DNA of 63,957 bases, filler included, from Piptocephalis cylindrospora (Eukaryota), in the NCBI GenBank assembly GCA_003614145.1. It is 10 parts of 10 records of this genome, joined end to end, with 100 filler letters (N's around TTAATTAATTAA, not from the genome) between each part and the next. Parts side by side here need not be neighbours in the genome. Positions count along the whole stretch, not along the records: positions 19,717 to 26,167 come from KZ988286.1; positions 26,268 to 32,714 come from KZ988287.1; positions 32,815 to 39,254 come from KZ988288.1; 7 more parts are not named here. One strand, given 5' to 3'. The notes below the pieces were generated by a model. The model had not been told where the DNA came from, did no database searches, and worked only from the letters and a program-made list of their open reading frames with translations. A program made the position numbers and the translations under genes. Of the stretch, positions 23,232 through 36,297 are shown piece by piece; positions within the stretch are counted from its first letter, which is position 1; every line of letters starts with the position of its first letter.

Positions 23232-25480
23232 GGTGGGTGGAAAGGAGAGTATTGAAGCCCTGGGGGTTTTAGATTTAGGGAGCGACGACTGAGTGTTGAT
23301 GCTCTAAAGAGAACGTAGGGAAAGGCCAGGTTTGAAAGGATCGTTAGGTTAAAGTAGCGGTGTAGATGGGGATGAGCAGTGAAGAAAGATGGGGGGAGGG
23401 GAAGGGAGGTGAGCCGGAAAGGCCCCTCATGATAATATACGAAGGATGATCCTAGCCACTCCAAGCACACTCCCCCTCTCTATGGACAGGGATGGTTTCA
23501 AGTCGTCCGCCATACAGAGTATGCCAACAATGAGACGGTATGCGGGGAGAGGGTAGAGCCGCCAATCCACCAACAGTCCTACACATTTGGTCTTTCAATG
23601 AGCGCCGGGCCAGCTTGAAGTTACCAGTCTCGGATTGGAGAAACCATCTACTGATCCTGTAGGGGAACATGACTGATCTGAACGATCAGCCTTCCTCACC
23701 TCTTCCTTCTTTTCTTTACACTAGATCTAGCCAAGCTGAGCGGAGTCAAGGGGGATAGTCTTCAGCGTATGGGGGGGACGGTGTCCGCTAATGCTCCGCT
23801 GAACTCCGAGAATGGACGCAATAGGGGCCTTTTTAAATTGTCGACTAGGATTTGCTGAAGCGAATTTGTCCTTTTTCCCCGTCTGTGACAAGGGTGTGAA
23901 TTCGTGTAGTCTTTTGGGTGCATTTTTCCCATCAGGCAATAAATTTTTCAACGACAATTTGTCCTTACCACTGTTCACTACTACAATTTGTCCTTACCAT
24001 ACTTCAGGGGGTCATCCGTCGTTTCGTTCACGCTGTACATTCCTCGTTGATGGTTCGTCTCCTCTGGCTGCGCTATAATATGGATGCAAGCGCTGCCCTC
24101 CTCTCTACCTGGTTCAGGCTATATGGTGTACTGCAACGACATCCCACAACCAACGCTTTGATACTTGCATGTTTAATTCATCACTGAGTTTCCCACTCTT
24201 CCTAAAATGTCCCTTGGATATAATGAGGTGGGATCCGGTAGTCGAGTCCCCCGTTTTAGTGATTTCTGTTGTTCTTTAGGCCCCCCTATAATCTATCCCT
24301 TAGGTGATTCCTCATAAGACAATAATTTTTTATATGACGAATGGGTTTGCCCTATCATACCAGCATACATACTGTATTATATTGTATGTTGTTTCCTGTG
24401 CTAGTACTACGACAGTTTGCATGGCATAAGGTGTATGTCTGAAAAGTATTTAGTGCAATAAAAAATACCCCTTTCTCTTTCCCTCTCTTCTGTTTCTATC
24501 TATCGTATTAGATAAATACTAGACAAAGAGACTGGGAGACAGGTGCTGAGGAAAAGGAGATGAGTATATGATAATAAATAGAATATGTCTTCTGAAGTAT
24601 CCAAACCGGATCACACTCCCTGGATTAAGACCTGTCATCTCCTCATACACACCCTAGGGATGGATGCTGCGAATAGAGTGGTTGACCATGGGCTGTAAGC
24701 CATTGTTTCTTTTCTGGCTGCATGGCTTGATTGCCTGCCTTCTCTACCTCAAGGATGACGATAATGCATGCAAGCTGGCTTTCCTCCTATTTCCCTCTAC
24801 CGGAGAGAACAATGGCCACTTTCTTCATCCCAGGCTAAACGAGACACCATACGTACCGGGCATGCCGACCCTATCGACCTCATCGCTTAACATGCATTCT
24901 TATTACTTCTCCATCCCTCCCATCCTCTCCCCTCCCCCTGCTCTCCTTCTCCTCTTCCTCCCAAGGGGATCATTCATCCGACATATAAAGTGCCCATGCA
25001 GCATCTTCTCGTCATCTTTTTACTCACTCCCTTCCTCCCCTCCTCTCTCCCTTTTTCCTACTCCATCCAAAGCTCATCTTTCATCTCACATCCAAAATAG
25101 TTACTCCCAGCCCGATTTCCCCCTCACCTCCTGGTCCCCACAATTTTTCACACTCCGCCATTCCCGCCCTTTTCCCTCTCTTCTCCCTCGCCTCCTCCTA
25201 CGCTTGCCTCAAGCCTTAATCAATCACTACGATCTAAACCTCCTCTTCCCTCCCCCTCACTCCCTCCCTTCCTCCACCCTAAAGGACACTCGGTCATATC
25301 TAAACCTCTTTCTTCCCACTGCTTCATTTCCCCCCTTTCCCCCCCAGTACATACCATCTTTACTTGATACACCGCTGCTGCTCTACCCTATTCCCTCTCT
25401 CTCACTCTCTTTTTTTTTCCTAGTCCTCCCTCCCTCCCTCCCTCCCAGTTATCCTCTCCCTCCAGTTCAAAGAGGACACC

Positions 25481-26167
25481 ATGTCGGGTGGTACCGGCCC
25501 CCTCCCACCAGATCTTGCTCCGGGTGACTCTGGCTCCGGATCTACAGACTCCTCAGGGCCTACTCACTTCTCGACTCCAGTCACTCCTCCGGCCCCACCG
25601 GCTCCATCGACGGCTTCACTCTCAAAGAAAGTCGTCTCCCTGGCCTCCACCACAAACCCTGCTCCACCCCTCTCCTCCTCCCGCACCATCCTATCCGTGG
25701 CTTTGGCCCAAGCCCAATCTGCAGTACTTCTCGATGGTGCAAACAACATGAACGAGGCCATTGCAGCATATACCGAGGCCGTACGATTGCTGGAACAAGT
25801 CATGCAACGCACCTCCTCAGATGAGTCCCGTAATCGAATCCGACAGATCCATGCTACCTATGCTAATCGAGTGGCTCTCCTAAGGGCCTCTCATCACCCT
25901 AGCCCCTCGCCTCCCCCATCCCATTCAGTTTCCTCAATCAATCGGTCAGGGGCTTCATCCCCCGCCTCTCCCTCACGATCAGGAAATTCATCCCCTTTAC
26001 ATCGTCAGTCCCCTCAGCCCTTCCAGGGCCGTAATAACCCTCGACCGCAAAACCCAGGCCGTTCCCCCATATCGGGCTCAGGACAGGGTCCAAGGCCCCC
26101 TGGTTTATCTCATCCCCCATCCCATTCAGTTTCCTCAATCAATCGGTCAGGGGCTTCATCCCCCGCC
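25481..26167 (+). CDS. MIT-domain protein, 3'-truncated
   Basis: ILSVALAQAQSAVLLDGANNMNEAIAAYTEAVRLLEQVMQR..RNRIRQIHATYANRVALL is an MIT three-helix pattern, flanked by Ser/Pro-rich sequence. Confidence 0.85.
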
Positions 26168-26267
26168 NNNNNNNNNNNNNNNNNNNNNNNNNNNNNNNNN
26201 NNNNNNNNNNNTTAATTAATTAANNNNNNNNNNNNNNNNNNNNNNNNNNNNNNNNNNNNNNNNNNNN

Positions 26268-29003
26268 CCCAATACTCCTCCCCCCCCCGCCCCCTCAAAC
26301 TGGCACTCCCCAGGTCTATCCCATCCCTCTCACATCCTTCATGGGGGAATTCCCATCGAGGAGGATCTGGCCAGTGAGTTGGGCAGGCAAAGTGCCCGGA
26401 ATTCCATGGTCAGTGAACGAAGTACCGAGGATCCCGAAGAGGTCTACCTTGGCGCAGCTAGGAGGCGGGGGAAGCGTAAGGCTAATGCAGGAGCTCGACG
26501 AAGATGGAGTGATATGGTCGAGGGGGATGGGGCCAAGGGAGCGGATGATCCCAAAGGGGGGTGCTTAAGATGTAAAGGGAAGCGCCTGATTGAGCCCAAA
26601 AAATGGCCCACCATGACCGATGCTGTAAGTCTCATAGGATCAGGGGAGTGGGTGAGTTACAGAGAGTAACCCTTCTCATCATTATTACCTACCATATAGA
26701 CACAGCATGGAAAACAGCAAAGGCAGCTTCAGGAGGAAAAGGAAATTGAAAAGGCACTGAGTGCGATCAGGGAAATGCCTGGAGGGGCTGAAGGTCTAGG
26801 CATTATCCCCAGCTCAGGCTTGACCGCTTCATCTTTGGGCGGACAGATCAGGAAGGGGCGCAGTATATCCCATTCCCCTCCTCCATTACGTACCCAAGAT
26901 ATGACGAGTCCCCGTACCCTTCTACGCACCCTGAAGCCTGGAGATGCCGATTCCTCAGATTTAAGTGAAGCCCCTTATCATCAGAGTCGTAAGCGAATAC
27001 AATTCCCTCGAGGGTCCAAGGGAAAGGGTGGGAGGGGAAAGGGAGAAGTAGTAGAGGAGGGAGAGATGAGGAAGGATGATCCCGCTCAGCCCATCCCTAT
27101 TATCGCCACCCCTGTCCTGACTGAAGGGATGAGCCCCCTAGGCGTCCCTCTCACCACCTCACCTCCGGCTCTTTCATCCACCTCTACCTCCATGGGAGCC
27201 GTCTTTGCTGGATGGGAGGAGCCCGTGGGTGGTATTATTGGGGGAGGAAGGGGATCCAAGAATCCTTCCAGCATACATCATCCGGCTCAAGCTCAAGGGG
27301 AAAGGACGGCAAGGGATGCGCTCATTGCCGTTGCTCAAAGGGCCGTGCGTCTCATGCCAAATGGGCATGGAGCGAAACATCGTGGGTTGAATGACCATGC
27401 TAACCATCGAAAGGGTAAGGAGGAGGGCGAGAGAGAGGAGGAAGGAGAAGAGGAGGAGGAGGAAGGAGAAGAAGATACAACCATGTTTGCTGGGGGACGA
27501 AGATGTAGTGAGGCCACCATTCGTCCGACCCCCATCCCTGCCATTCCCTCTCTCCTTGTCCCCTTCCACAGGGGCTCCACCATGGAGGAGGAAGATGGAG
27601 AGGAAGAGGAAAATGGGCCCAGCAATGGCAAGGAAGAACCAAGAACCCACAGAGAGACCCAAACCTCTCCGGCATCCTGGATAAGGCAACCTTCAGTTCC
27701 TTCCCCACTTCATCTCCTGGCCCAGGACGCCTCTGATCAACCTTCCTTGGAGGAGGGGGGAATGAGAAGAATGAGAAGGACACCCTATCACCTTCCCCCA
27801 CCCCCACCCCCTACCGGAGCTCCTGGTCATGCTCTTCACCGAGTCCCGTCTCGTACCTGGAGTCTTCCGGTGGATGGAGGAGGATCTGTGCGTGCACGGA
27901 TATGTACGGCCACCACATCAATGCACGTCCTTGCCTCGGCCGTTTCCAGGCCCGGATCCTCCCTTCGAGCCCCACGAGGGGTCCAGGAGGAGGAGGAAGG
28001 GGATGAAGATGCTTCAAACCCCAAGCTGGATCAGGGTGGAAAGGGATCTTCCATCCTTCTACCCCTACCTGCAGGGACTAGCCCAGTACGGGAGCTTTGT
28101 GTTCGGACCACGGCGCTCAAGGGTCGACTCTCCTCGGCAGAGCCCTTGCAATTGAACCGTCGGCTGCGTCGGGCCTTTGATGTTCGGGAACTGGCTGGAC
28201 TTTCCGATTCCATCCTGGAAAATGTCCAGGAGGACATTGGGGTCCTTGGGGATCGATTTGCTTGGATGAGTCGTCGTCGTCATCATCGTCGACGTCATCG
28301 GGGTCAGTCCATGCCGTCCAGATCAGGAGTGGGAAAAGGGACTAGATCTAGCACCGGGGAATCCACCAGTACTAGCTCCACTCATCATACTAGCCAAGCG
28401 GATGGGGAAGAGAGCGTTTCCACAGGATGGACTGGGGAGGAAAGTGATGAGGGAGGGGAGGAAGGAAGCGAGGAGGAGACCAATTTAAAGGTGCCGACCA
28501 AGGACTTTATTGGGATGGTGGAGGTGGCGCAGGAATTGCTATTGGAATTAGCGGACCTACGAAGGACGGTCAATGCCTACGCTGTTGGGTACGTTTCAGT
28601 GGTCGAGGAGAGAAGTAGGGAGGCAGTCGGGGAGGAGTACGGAGGCTCCGAACTTCTGTGCCCCATGGGAATGGGTGGGGAGCGGCAAGATGGGATGGGG
28701 GCTGGGAGGGAAGAGGATGCCAGGTTGGTGTACTGTCGGCAGGATGAGAATGATAGGGAGGTCGGTCGAAGAGATCGGTCTATGTCACTGAATCCTGCGA
28801 TCTCTCCTGCCACCTGGTCCTCCTCCTTTCCTCAGCATTATGGGGAAGGGCCTAGATCAGGAGATCAAGAGGGAGAAGGGCCGAGTACGAAGGGAATGTC
28901 TAGTTGGTGGAGTGGGGGAGGTAGAAATGAGGGCAGTGGAAATGGGAACGGGGGGAGATGGATGCCCCATCGGCTCTCTACCCTCTTTCATCGAGGGGAG
29001 TAA
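26268..29003 (+). CDS. Large, mostly disordered hypothetical protein, 5'-truncated; intron ~26625-26699
   Basis: Upstream exon ending WPTMTDA|GTAAGT splices in frame to the 742-aa ORF. Helical block RRLRRAFDVRELAGLSDSILENV..ELADLRRTVNAY. Confidence 0.7.
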
Positions 29004-29167
29004 ATCAAGAAGATAATGGTATGAAATGAGGCAGGGGCAATCTGATCCATGTATCCTTTTACTTTTGAGAAAAATTGTTTTGTCAATATGTGATGGCAAA
29101 CATTTTGATCATTCTTTATATTCTTGGATGTGAGATGCATAGAGTACCATCCCATAGGGAATGAGTT

Positions 29168-30080
29168 TCAGTGCATGGTATTTCCATCATCATCCTCATC
29201 CTCTAGCATCGTTCGTTGCCTAGATGGGGGAGGGGGAGGGGAAAGGGGACTAGATGGGATTGGGACGGGGACGATAGGTGAATGAATGGTTGGCTAATGG
29301 CAATGGAAACGATAATGCCTCATCTCAACACTTACTCATCGATGTCGAGAGATCGACGACGTCGACGACGGTTCGGGGTCAGAGAAGATAGGATGGCCAT
29401 GGGGGAGGTGGCCGTGGAAGGAGTTGTCGAAGTGTTGGCGGAGGGATGAATCATGGGTTCCAGTTCCTAATGGTAGCAAAAAAGAGGGAGTCAGTGGGGA
29501 GTAAGGATCAGTACTCTATTCCAACAGACGATACCTTAAGAAGAATACGATGGGACGGAGGAAATGTGCTGCATCGTCGAAGGAGACTGATTTGATCTAC
29601 AGCATCGTACCAGTCCACCTGGCCTAGAGAGGAGTCCATGAGAATGGCAGCGGCAATGACGGGGCTTTGGTCCATACCAGTAAGGCAATGGACAAGGAGA
29701 GTACCACCTTGAAGACGGACTTGCCGAGAAAAGTCAATGGCCTGCATTATGGTAGGGAGGACTGGGTTTGCCATGGTGGGAGCATCGGAAGCCCCGATGA
29801 GACTGGGGGAGAAGGGTAAGGTCAGGGAGGAGAACTGACCCGATGTAGGTGGGGAGGGTATGGAAAGCTCCTCTGTTCCTGTCTGCTGGACCCCAAGAAG
29901 ATGGGTGACGCCTAGACGGGCGAGAAGCTCGGTTTTTTTGGTTAGGGAGGTTGGACCGAGCAGGAGACCCGGGATGATTTCCTGGGCAGTGTACCTATCC
30001 CCTCGGGACCAGTCTGTCAAAGTTGATGGAGGCTTGGTAGTGGATGGAGGGGGTTGAAGGGCAATGGTGGGATGGGGCAT
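29168..30080 (-). CDS. STYX-like dual-specificity phosphatase-family protein, probable pseudophosphatase; exons 30080-29535, 29466-29336 and a probable short last exon
   Basis: DWSRGDRYTAQEIIPGLLLGP..LGVTHLL resembles the STYX N-terminus. Signature loop reads LVHCLTGMDQS. Confidence 0.75.
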
Positions 30081-30858
30081 TTTGTTAAGAGGGAAGGAGG
30101 GAGGGACGGAGGAAGGAAAGGAGAGGCTGATGAAGCGGCTCTCTTTCCCCTTGGCCCATGCCCCTGTTGTTGCTGCTGATGGGCCCGTGTGCCATGAACA
30201 ATGGACGTAGTAACTCCGAAGAAGGTGATTATAACTGGGAAGGTAATAGGGTGGAATTTCAAGGTAAGATAGATCCATTGTTTTATGTTCCAGTGTGGAT
30301 GGGAGCATTGGGAATATCCAAAGACAACTCTAACCCTTTCTGGACTGATCAGGCTGACCTAGTGCTAATTTGCCTTGCTTGGGTGTCAAGATGACAATGT
30401 TATTAGTCAAAGAGCCGGCGATAGGCTACTGATTTTAACTGTGGGTACGATGAGGGCGAGGAGAGGGGAAAGACGTGACGCTATGCGAGGGAAAGGGAGT
30501 AACAGTCTCTTGGCATGGTGTGACCATTACAAGCTTGCCCAGTCCTGCGGAGTACCACAGACAAGTCATCCCAGCACAGTGAGCGAGAGAAAGAAGGTCA
30601 CACACTGATGTACAGCCCCTATTCCGCCTCTCTAAGTCTGTCTTTGCTGGACAGCTCACTTGTCTGTCCCTCCCGCCTTACTACCGCAGGGTGGGTGGGG
30701 GTCTTCCGATGAATTGTGGATGGGGGAGAGACTTAACTGTGACAGATGATGGAGGCAGAGCAGGGGATGGTGGATCACTACTCTTCCTTCTCTTCTTTCT
30801 CCTCTCACCTTGTCTCTTCCACACACACACACCTCACTTTTCTTCAAATCATCTTACC

Positions 30859-31716
30859 ATGTCCCCCCCCCTCATCCTGGTCGGAGGCGCTGTGTCCTCC
30901 GTGGTACTGTGTGGGTTTCTCGTGTACAAGTACAGGGATGAGATTGCCCAGAGGGCCGAGTCAGCTAGGACGCATGCGCATAGTGGATACGAAGAGGCTA
31001 AGGAGCAGCTACGGCAGAGTGCCTTGAACATGGCGACCTACACCCAAAGTCGGTGGGGGAGGTCTGGCGAGGAGGGGGAGAAGACTGGACTGAACTGGGG
31101 TGAAAAGGACCATGGAAATAATGTGCCAGATCTCAGTGAGAAGGATATCTTATCCCGGCAGGGTTCCTCCTCAACCTCAACCTCATCCTCGACCTTCTCC
31201 TCGGATACCGCCGGGAGGGATGGGCTGCATCGTCGTCGGATGTACTCTAGGGAGGAGGAGGAAAAGATTCAGGATGAGCATTCGCATCTCTCGGCCATGG
31301 AACAGGAGAATGAACGTCGTCGTCTCCAGCTCGTTAGGGAGAATGAGGCCCTGAAGCAAGAGGAGGCTGTTTTGCAGGAGAAGCGACGGTCTTTGCAGAT
31401 GGATTCTGATGCATTTGCCTCTCAATCCCTTGGGACTCTCTCATTTCTCCATTCTCCATCCTCCCATACCGAGCTGGAAGAATCAGTCAGCTTGGCCGAG
31501 GACCCCATTCTCTTTGATGCCGCTTCCACTCTTCTCAAGGAAGAGGAAGAAAATGATGGGGTCGTTCCTTGCCCTTCTCTGCAGCATGAGGAGATGGAAA
31601 AGGCCTCGACTCTATCGGATCCGGATAGCTGGATCGATGTGGACGATTCCTCTTCTTCCTCCCATTCCACCGCCTCCCTTACTCAACCCAAGGATCAGGT
31701 CATTGTGAGGGAGTAA
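30859..31716 (+). CDS. Hypothetical signal-anchored coiled-coil protein
   Basis: MSPPLILVGGAVSSVVLCGFLVYKY N-terminal TM, central coiled coil, acidic Ser-rich tail. Confidence 0.7.
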   Translation: MSPPLILVGGAVSSVVLCGFLVYKYRDEIAQRAESARTHAHSGYEEAKEQLRQSALNMATYTQSRWGRSGEEGEKTGLNWGEKDHGNNVPDLSEKDILSRQGSSSTSTSSSTFSSDTAGRDGLHRRRMYSREEEEKIQDEHSHLSAMEQENERRRLQLVRENEALKQEEAVLQEKRRSLQMDSDAFASQSLGTLSFLHSPSSHTELEESVSLAEDPILFDAASTLLKEEEENDGVVPCPSLQHEEMEKASTLSDPDSWIDVDDSSSSSHSTASLTQPKDQVIVRE

Positions 31717-32263
31717 GCTAGTCTTTCTTTTAGGAACGACAATGATAAATTCCGTTGATGGGAAGAAGTGATGGTGCCAATTAAGGCGGAGTACCCTTCT
31801 CACCCCTCCCTTAACCTTATCAACCTTATCATCTTGTTTTGAGTGGAGTGAATTCCTCAATGTAGCCTGCATGTGTTTATCCCCGTGCATCCTCGGTCTC
31901 TAATGGATGCTGTGTCTTTGAACTCGGAGGTTGATACTGTGAGGAGGAGGATGGTTGTTTAAGTTGGACTTGGAGATGGCTTGGGCTTGAACATATCCTA
32001 GTGATCAACAGCATAGTGACCGTCCGGCTCACTCACCCTTGAAAAACTCCGACCATGACCGCACGGGGTATAAAGTGGAGAGAGGGATGGGGGATGAGGA
32101 GTCTCTTCCCATCCTCCTACTCACCTTTTCGTCTCTCTCTTCTCTTTCGCGTACAGACGTTTTCCTTTGTCTTGATCAATTACACCGCACCACACCATCC
32201 CTGGATCCTGTAGACTCATTCCTTCACCTTACACTCACAGTAGTTGTCCCCTTCCTCAAGACC

Positions 32264-32678
32264 ATGGCAACCTATGTATGAAATGATACGTGCCCAAAAG
32301 TGTCGCTCCAAACTCATACACCCCCCTCGCCCCCTCATCTTAGGATACCGATGTGGACGCGGCCATTGCACGGATCTCCTCCTATAGAAAGGTAGAAGGA
32401 GTACTTGCGGTGGATTGGGACGGAGTGGCCATCCGGTCCACTCTTTCTCATGAGGCTACCCTTCAGCACGTTTCCCTCATCACCAAATTGACCAAGATGG
32501 CCAAAGAGACCGTGAGGGATTTGGATAGTGAGGGTCAGGTGAGTTGAGCTTTGTGGAACTATGTATTTTCCCCTGATCTCATTCCATCCCCCTCTCCCCT
32601 TTTCCTAATTACTCCTCTAGGATGATCTTTCTTTTCTGAGGATAAGGTCAAAGAAGCATGAAATTATGGTTTGCCCTG
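32264..32678 (+). CDS. DYNLRB: Dynein light chain roadblock/LC7, 3'-truncated; exons 32264-32275, 32344-32538, 32621-32678
   Basis: DVDAAIARISSYRKVEGVLAVDWDGVAIRSTL..AKETVRDLD..DDLSFLRIRSKKHEIMVCP. Confidence 0.9.
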
Positions 32679-32814
32679 GTAAGAGATTCATCCCCTCCCC
32701 TTCTCCCCTTCCCTNNNNNNNNNNNNNNNNNNNNNNNNNNNNNNNNNNNNNNNNNNNNTTAATTAATTAANNNNNNNNNNNNNNNNNNNNNNNNNNNNNN
32801 NNNNNNNNNNNNNN

Positions 32815-33668
32815 TGGATCAGGGTGTCATCCAAATTGAGAAGGAGGGTGTGCTTACGACCATATGGCTCGGGCAGGGGATCGGGCAGAAGCTGTTCCCA
32901 GGCGGGCTCAGAAAAGTAGCGGTACAAGGCGCCCATGCGGCCCTTGATCCTCTTCCATCGACTTTCTCTATCCTCGGGCGTCAGTCTACCCAGGTCCTCT
33001 CCCTCCTCCACAGGTCTTCCCAGATGTTGATAAAAGTAAGTGGCGACAACGAGGGAAACTGCGGCGAGACCGGTATAGACCTGGCGATCACGTCGATCCT
33101 TATCTTCGGTGGAGGCCCCAGCTTTTTTCCGAAAGACCTTGGGTCCTCCTTGAAGGGGTGGAGCGGAGGAGGAAGAGGGTCGAGTGTCGGAGGAGGAGGA
33201 GGAGGAGGAGGAGGGAGGGGGGGAGGGAGGGGGAGTGGGGTCGGCGAGGGCGTCAGCAGCGAGACTAGAAATAGCAGACGAGGTCTGAGCGGCCAGGGGA
33301 TCGAGAGCAGCAAAGGCCTCTGGGGGTTCTTCCTGCTGTTTGGCCTGAGCGGTAGTAGATTCCGTCTTTTGAGAGGAAGGTTGCTCGTTGACCTGGGTCT
33401 TTCCTAGATCAGCCTTGCTCTTGTTCTTGATGGAGCTTGGGATGGACTTTTTTTGGGAATGCTTTCCCAAAGCAGCCTTGCCCTTTCCAGGGGCCGAGGA
33501 AGGAAGGCTCTTTGGAGGGGGCTTTGAATAAGAATGGGCCTTGCCTTTGTGGGAGGCATAATAGGCTTTTTGGGAGAGGGCGGGGACGATCCCGGTGGTG
33601 GACCGCTGTAGCAAGGATCGAGACACGGCGGGGAGCGTGTGGGATGAGGCTAATCTCCAAGCGGACAT
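32815..33668 (-). CDS. TIM50: Mitochondrial import translocase Tim50, 3'-truncated
   Basis: Presequence MSAWRLASSH.., single TM, then YFSEPAWEQLLPDPLPEPYGRKHTLLLNLDDTLI (start of the FCP1-like domain). Confidence 0.9.
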
Positions 33669-36297
33669 GATGGCGTTGAATGGAAGATGGGGAAGGGAAG
33701 GTGGTTCGGGAAATGATCTTTTTCTGCCCTGTAGAATAGGCAGAGGTATTGTGTCTCCACGCGCTCCACTTAAAGAACCCGGACGCGCGACACAGCCAGG
33801 CAATAAGCGTGTCTGTCTCTCCGTGTGTGTGTGTGTGTATGTGTGCTGGATCGCGAGAGAGAGAGAAAAGGGGCAGTTTATTTAGCCAGTAGGCGAACTA
33901 TTCATCACCAAGCGCTGGATCGGGAGAGGATGAAAAATAGCATGAAGGATGTGAATTATGCCATAACTTTTACCAAAAAATATCATTGACATCAGATTGA
34001 ATTACTAGTGAAAAATGGCGGCTTTTGAAATCGGTGTTTTTTGGGGTGGGCAGTAGGCGCTAATTACAAGATGAAACCACGCCCTCCCGATCCCATGCTC
34101 CTCAGTTCTCCTAGGATAAGGAACTCTACCCTTTATTATTAGCAGCCCATTAAAGCATGAAACAGGAGATGATGGCCTTGCAATGGGACCTCGATCTTAT
34201 CTTGAGCAAGGTGACGGTAGGATGTATCCCCTCCTGCCCAATTTCTTCCCATGGATAAAGTAGCTCATGTATATCTTTCCCAAGAAACAAGCAATGGCTC
34301 ACAGCGCATCCAACCCCTATTGAGAGGCTCTAAGAAGTTCTCGTCCTTCCTTGCCTCAAATGCTATCATTGAATTGGGAGAGAGTGCCTAAGATGTGAAA
34401 TGTAACCCTGTTAGTGCCGCACATTCGTCTATGAGGCCATGCACGTGCGATGACATACTAGATAGACAGGCAATACTGAACAGTAACAAAGGTTCGGTGA
34501 AAAGGCAAGAATGGGGACATAAAGTCGGAGATACCACGGCCTTTGACACCTCCCATGTCCGATAAGGCACCCTGATTGATTTTTCCTGCACGGAAGATAC
34601 CGTGGATATAACCTCATCTACCCCTTCTCATCTTTCTCCATATACGCTGGGCAGATCACTTATCCCTTCCCCTTGTTCTTTATTGCCAAATTAGGGAGGC
34701 GGCTCTGATGAGCACATGCACAATCAATATGCTTCTGATTGAGGCTCCAGATAAGGCCCCCGGTCAACACAGGGTCTCATTCTCTGCATCGTCCCATCGA
34801 AACACTGTTATATGCCTACATTCTCAACTGATGGGAAGAATGTGCCCATGTATAGATAACCCTTGAATTCATGGGGCCTCAATGACTGTAGAAAACGCGT
34901 AAACTTGACGATCCCACGGCCCTTGAAGACCCACTTGGAGACAAGACCATTTGTTCTGCTTGGTCTTGGCACTTACTCCACTATCCCATATACATTACTC
35001 CGCCTTGGCGGACAAGAAAATACACTTTCAGGCCGTGGCCGGTTTAGTCAATGGCATGAGGTAGATGACCCAGTGCCCAATTTGGATAAATTATATGGGC
35101 AGTCCGCTTGGTCCCTCCCCGCTCGAAAAGTCAGGGAAAATCTAGGTGGGGGCCCAAGGAGGTCACAAACCAGATGCTTATACTGTTTATACATGAACGT
35201 GTCTAACATGGTATACCCCCACTTATTCTACTGGATTATTATCGTGTCTATCTTAAACCCCATTGGGTGTTCCTGCTCTCCTTATATGGTCGACGCCACA
35301 TTGGAAAGGGATAGAAGGCTCAGTCGTAGATGACAGGGGAAAAAAAGGCGCCTCCACGTTGTCCCTATCCTGAACGACCTTGCCCAACCCAACCCATACA
35401 CATCCAATATTCTCAGCGGATCGGCTGTGGCAACACAGAGATATCATGCCCATTAGACCAGCCTGTCTCAGGTATCATGCATCGTCCCTTTGAAGGGAAC
35501 CTTGGCGCGTGTGAGCATCCAAATCGGGAAACGTGGTGTTGACCAGCGATGGTGGATGTTTCTGTGAAGGAGAGAGCGAGAAAACAATGGACTATGAATG
35601 AAAGACTCCCCTTTGGGCCATCTTCCATAAGAGGAAACCTCTTCGAGTCGATGCTTCCGGGAGTATCTAGGAATGGCGGGAAGGGAGGGGGGAGGGTTCT
35701 TTCTCCTACTCACAGGCACAGAAGCAACACCCCCTGTCGAAAAGTCCCCCATGCCCACACATTTGCACCCACACTATCCTATAGTACCTACAGAGCTGCT
35801 GCTTGAAGTCACTCAGCCAGCTAATAGTGTTGCGCCTGTCCTTGCCGCTAGTGTGTGTGTTAGTGCTGTCCCTTTCCCCCCAACCAAGAATGGCTCAGTC
35901 GTCATATTTTATCATCACATTAAACACTTCCTGTGCAACACGCACAAGGGCTAGGAAGCGAAACCTCTCAAAAGTTCTGGACTGGCTCGCACCGAGTATC
36001 ACTCCGGTCGTGTCCTGTAGGGGAGGGCGATGGGGAATGATAGAGCCGATCTGCCATCCTCGCCTTACTCATGCGTCCCGAAATTTATAAAGAGACAGCC
36101 CGGGGTTCAGCCTGGCCCCCCCTTTCCTCCTCCACCTTTAGCTCCTTCCTTCTCCCCCCTCCTCCTCCCCTGCTCATCCTGATTCGCTCTCGGCTGTTAT
36201 CTTTCCCTTCTCCTTCCACCTTCTGCCTTTACTACTATTCCCCTCCTTCCCTCCCCCCTCTACACCTATACTTTCGACCTCATCCCCACTCTTTCTC

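Noticed and set aside
23860..24000. 17-bp direct repeat ACAATTTGTCCTTACCA with short ORFs
   Set aside because: Two copies only, interrupted by stops; no recognisable element or protein.
34704..34760. Hammerhead ribozyme core CTGATGAG
   Set aside because: No GAAA after a stem II and no closing stems.
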